Made by a program: the position numbers and the translations under genes. The notes under the pieces are model-generated. The model was not told the origin of the DNA. It made no database searches and saw only the letters and a program-made list of their open reading frames with translations. 64,000 bases of DNA from Candidatus Latescibacterota bacterium (GTDB lineage Bacteria; Latescibacterota; UBA2968; GCA-2709665). The stretch is from assembly GCA_965237675.1 (NCBI GenBank), contig OZ250150.1, positions 2,976,001 to 3,040,000 of the forward strand, given 5' to 3'. This document shows, piece by piece, positions 61,486-64,000 of this stretch (the first letter of the stretch is position 1; every line of letters starts with the position of its first letter).

Positions 61486-62109
61486 TCATCTATGTTTCTT
61501 GTCCTTTTTACGAGGATCGCCTGTCGATTGTTCCCATGATTTTGTGAAGGATTCGGGTTCGACCCCGAGCGCATCGGCCACGCGGTTGATATAGTTGAAA
61601 AAGCCGATGATCTGAACCGCGTCGTGGATGCCCTGATCGTCGAAGCCGTGCCCGCGCAAACCGTCTATATCGTCCGCCGTTGCAGCCCGCGGATCCAGGC
61701 TGAGCTTTTCCGCTAAGGCGCACAGTGCGCGGTCGGCGGGGGGCAGGTCGGCCCGGCGCCAGTCCGCGGCCAACTGATGCACCAGCCGGTCGGCCTCGTG
61801 GCCGTCTTCAACGCCGAAATCACTGGCGACCTCGGCACGGAGGTCGTGGGCGTGCGCGCGTATTCAGTACACGCAGTGATTCGTGGCTGATACCACAACG
61901 GCCAGCATCTCCCGCCGCGCGCGGCTGAGAGGGGAGGGGCCGTGCATCAGCACGCCATAGAAATCCAGCGAAGCCTTCATCGCGGGGGGGTTGGGGCTCA
62001 TGATAGAGACAATGCCCCAGATCCGTCCCGTGTGGGACATCGCGGCGTCGTATAGCTTCTTTAACAGGCCGGTGGCCTTATCTGGCGGGATGACGTCAAT
62101 AAAGGGCAT
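61486..62109 (-). CDS. AhpD/carboxymuconolactone decarboxylase-like peroxidase-related selenoprotein (Sec82)
   Basis: ORFs 61864-62109 and 61486-61782 are in frame; REMLAVVVSATNHCVY-TGA-IRAH gives CxxU..H; FNYINRVADALG; hairpin 61827-61846; AAGGAGG RBS. Confidence 0.85.
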
Positions 62110-62172
62110 CTCGCGACCTCCTTCCCCACATGGATCAACATGGATTCGTCAACTTCGAAAACCCAAATCGAC

Positions 62173-62305
62173 CTACATGGATGGACAGGATGAACAGGAT
62201 GAAAACCGCAGGAAAAAACGAAAACAGAGAAAGCCACAAAAAGCACAAAAGACACAAAAAATGCGGCAAACCAAAACCGCTGAAAAAGGATGGATAGGAT
62301 AAAAA
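62173..62305. repeat. Repeat block upstream of AhpD-like gene
   Basis: ACATGGATGGACAGGATGAACAGGATG identical to the 59870-59897 copy; (CACAAAA-NN)x3. Confidence 0.7.
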
Positions 62306-62329
62306 GAAAAACAGACTCGCAAAACCAGT

Positions 62330-62581
62330 TCAAGCTGTGATTATTCTAATTGCCAGGTTCAGATCATCCATCGACGCCTTGACAATCGCTTTAAATATAC
62401 TATACTTATGTGCAGTATTGGGTTTGGTCTGCTTTGCGACTCTGTATTGTACCGCCATATCGAAGATACTTCTGTGCAGTACCGATTCACGATTAACGTA
62501 ATCGCCTATACTCTTATTTGAGACACTACCTAATGAGATATCGCCGGTCATTTCCACAGTTGACATTGACGTGACTTCCAT
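62330..62581 (-). CDS. AT-rich hypothetical ORF or gene fragment
   Basis: 83-aa open frame in an AT-rich segment; no motif recognised. Confidence 0.3.
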   Translation of the reverse strand: MEVTSMSTVEMTGDISLGSVSNKSIGDYVNRESVLHRSIFDMAVQYRVAKQTKPNTAHKYSIFKAIVKASMDDLNLAIRIITA

Positions 62582-62944
62582 TCATCTTTGCTGCCGGCGC
62601 AAAAGCAGACCTGTTATCGCGTATCGCGATTTAAGTACGGATGTCAGGTTACGGGATTAATTAGCCCATTCCTTCCCTGCGGTCTCGTCTGTATCCGCGC
62701 GGGGTCCCTCGCGACATGTTGAAGTGCCTGTAAGCCGGCCTCTTGACATTAGCCCCCTCTCCTTTGGATTTCAGAATGTTCTCAGGTTAACTGTGATTCT
62801 TGTAGTATAGCACTATTGCTTCTCGTTTGCTCGGCTCGTGAATATAACTCAAAGACCATCGGTCGGTGACAACAGAATCGTCCGGTTACGGACGTCGTCT
62901 CCAACAGGCATCCTTGGTAGGTTACATGGTCACGGAATTTGAAA

Positions 62945-63475
62945 ATGCTGGATTTGAATGAGTTAGGTAAAGGCTCCATAACTGCGATCTCACCGGCAGT
63001 TGGTGCAGCCTTGGCCGAAGTTGGTGGCGTTTGTATGGAGTCTCAGGGACATGAGCGGGGTGTGGCACTTACAGTCCGAGGTTACCATAAGAACTGCTAC
63101 GCCGTTGTTTGGCCGTGTATTACTGAGCAGTCTCGTTTGACATGGAACGATCCGGAGAATGCTACGGAGTACGGCGCCGTGGGGGTTGCAGTATTGATCG
63201 CGAAGGCGATAACCGGGTATGAAATTGTCCGGCAATCCCGGAAGGGGACAGGTTTTGATTATTGGATGGGGAAGACGTCCGATGAGGGTTTCGCGAATAA
63301 AGCCGGTCTGGAAATATCGGGTATTCGCAAAGGCGACAATCGAATCATTAGAAAAAGAGTAAATGAAAAGTTGCGACAAACTGACCGGCCGGATGATCCT
63401 AAATTGGAAATTTACGTTATCGTCGTAGAATTCGGGGCGCCGATCGCAGAGGTAAGAAAAAATGAGTGCCGTTGA
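62945..63475 (+). CDS. Hypothetical protein with PD-(D/E)XK-like nuclease signature
   Basis: TEYGA...GTGFDYW...LEISG...VIVVEF pattern; AT-richer than flanks. Confidence 0.65.
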   Translation: MLDLNELGKGSITAISPAVGAALAEVGGVCMESQGHERGVALTVRGYHKNCYAVVWPCITEQSRLTWNDPENATEYGAVGVAVLIAKAITGYEIVRQSRKGTGFDYWMGKTSDEGFANKAGLEISGIRKGDNRIIRKRVNEKLRQTDRPDDPKLEIYVIVVEFGAPIAEVRKNECR

Positions 63476-64000
63476 TAAATACCACGACGAAGCCATGGAA
63501 GCGGCTTTTTTCGCCGATCAAGAACGGCGTCGAGGAAACCAAAAGCGATCAGAGGAGTTGTTTGACCAGGCATTGGATTTGGAGCTCAAGGCCCTTGGTG
63601 GGATGTTGGAGCCGGTGGAGCCGACTTACTCGATACTACACCGTAGTGCAGGGTGGCTTGCTTTGGATTGCAACAAACCGCGACTGGCAGAACAATTAGC
63701 TAGCAAAGCCCTCGCTGGTGAGCCGGATTCGCAGATTGCGGAGGAACTGCGCGACCTGTTGGAGCAGATCAACTTTCGGCGTCACCTTGAACTAAGGGGA
63801 GTAACACTGGGAGAGGGCGAAATCCAGTTGAGTCTTTCCGGGCAGCATGTGGGTCTGGGTATGGTGAGTCAAGGCGAGTTTTTTGGGCGCGTGGAAAACT
63901 CATCAAAGATAATTCAACGTATCGTAGAACGCCGCAGCAACGAGCCATTCAGGGAAAGAGGGCGACCTAAGAAGGATATAGCGGAGAACTACGAACTGTT
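63462..64000 (+). CDS. Hypothetical protein with helical/TPR-like N-terminus (3'-truncated; missing from ORF track)
   Basis: ATG 63462 after GAGGT RBS; open to window end: MSAVDKYHDEAMEAAFFAD...EPTYSILHRSAGWLALDC...IAEELRDLLEQINFRRHL. Confidence 0.8.
   Translation, partial: MSAVDKYHDEAMEAAFFADQERRRGNQKRSEELFDQALDLELKALGGMLEPVEPTYSILHRSAGWLALDCNKPRLAEQLASKALAGEPDSQIAEELRDLLEQINFRRHLELRGVTLGEGEIQLSLSGQHVGLGMVSQGEFFGRVENSSKIIQRIVERRSNEPFRERGRPKKDIAENYEL

Noticed and set aside
59731-62330. CRISPR array or classical integron
   Set aside because: Repeats are degenerate and of variable length with no constant repeat/unique spacer pattern; no cas or intI gene and no clear attC core sites

Overview
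GC-rich bacterial chromosomal window. The gene repertoire (GH10-like/BNR proteins, sulfatase, PhyH dioxygenase, NHL, TPR and ankyrin repeats, outer-membrane proteins) suggests a diderm of the Latescibacterota/Gemmatimonadota kind; this is an inference only. It holds a core glycolysis operon (pfkA-gap-pgk-tpiA-secG-tRNA-Leu(GAG)), mdh, cysK, radC and comF. It also holds a candidate sigma54-driven lipoprotein/LpoB operon, a BlaI/BlaR1-like system followed by a TlpA/TonB ORF, a PsrA-like TetR with an RND efflux operon, and many catabolic enzymes. Highlights: (1) an AhpD/CMD-like selenoprotein (CxxU plus a SECIS-like hairpin) that the ORF track splits in two; (2) a HAD-YvcK/CofD fusion followed by a second HAD; (3) an array of small cargo genes (vapBC, orphan hicB, selenoprotein) separated by 9-bp-periodic repeats and partly bounded by 17-bp inverted repeats; (4) an AT-richer two-gene pair with a PD-(D/E)XK-like protein at the right edge; (5) several frameshift/nonsense lesions between 17.4 and 28.5 kb. 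No CRISPR array, rRNA, integrase or transposase was seen. All family assignments are from motif recognition by eye, not database searches.
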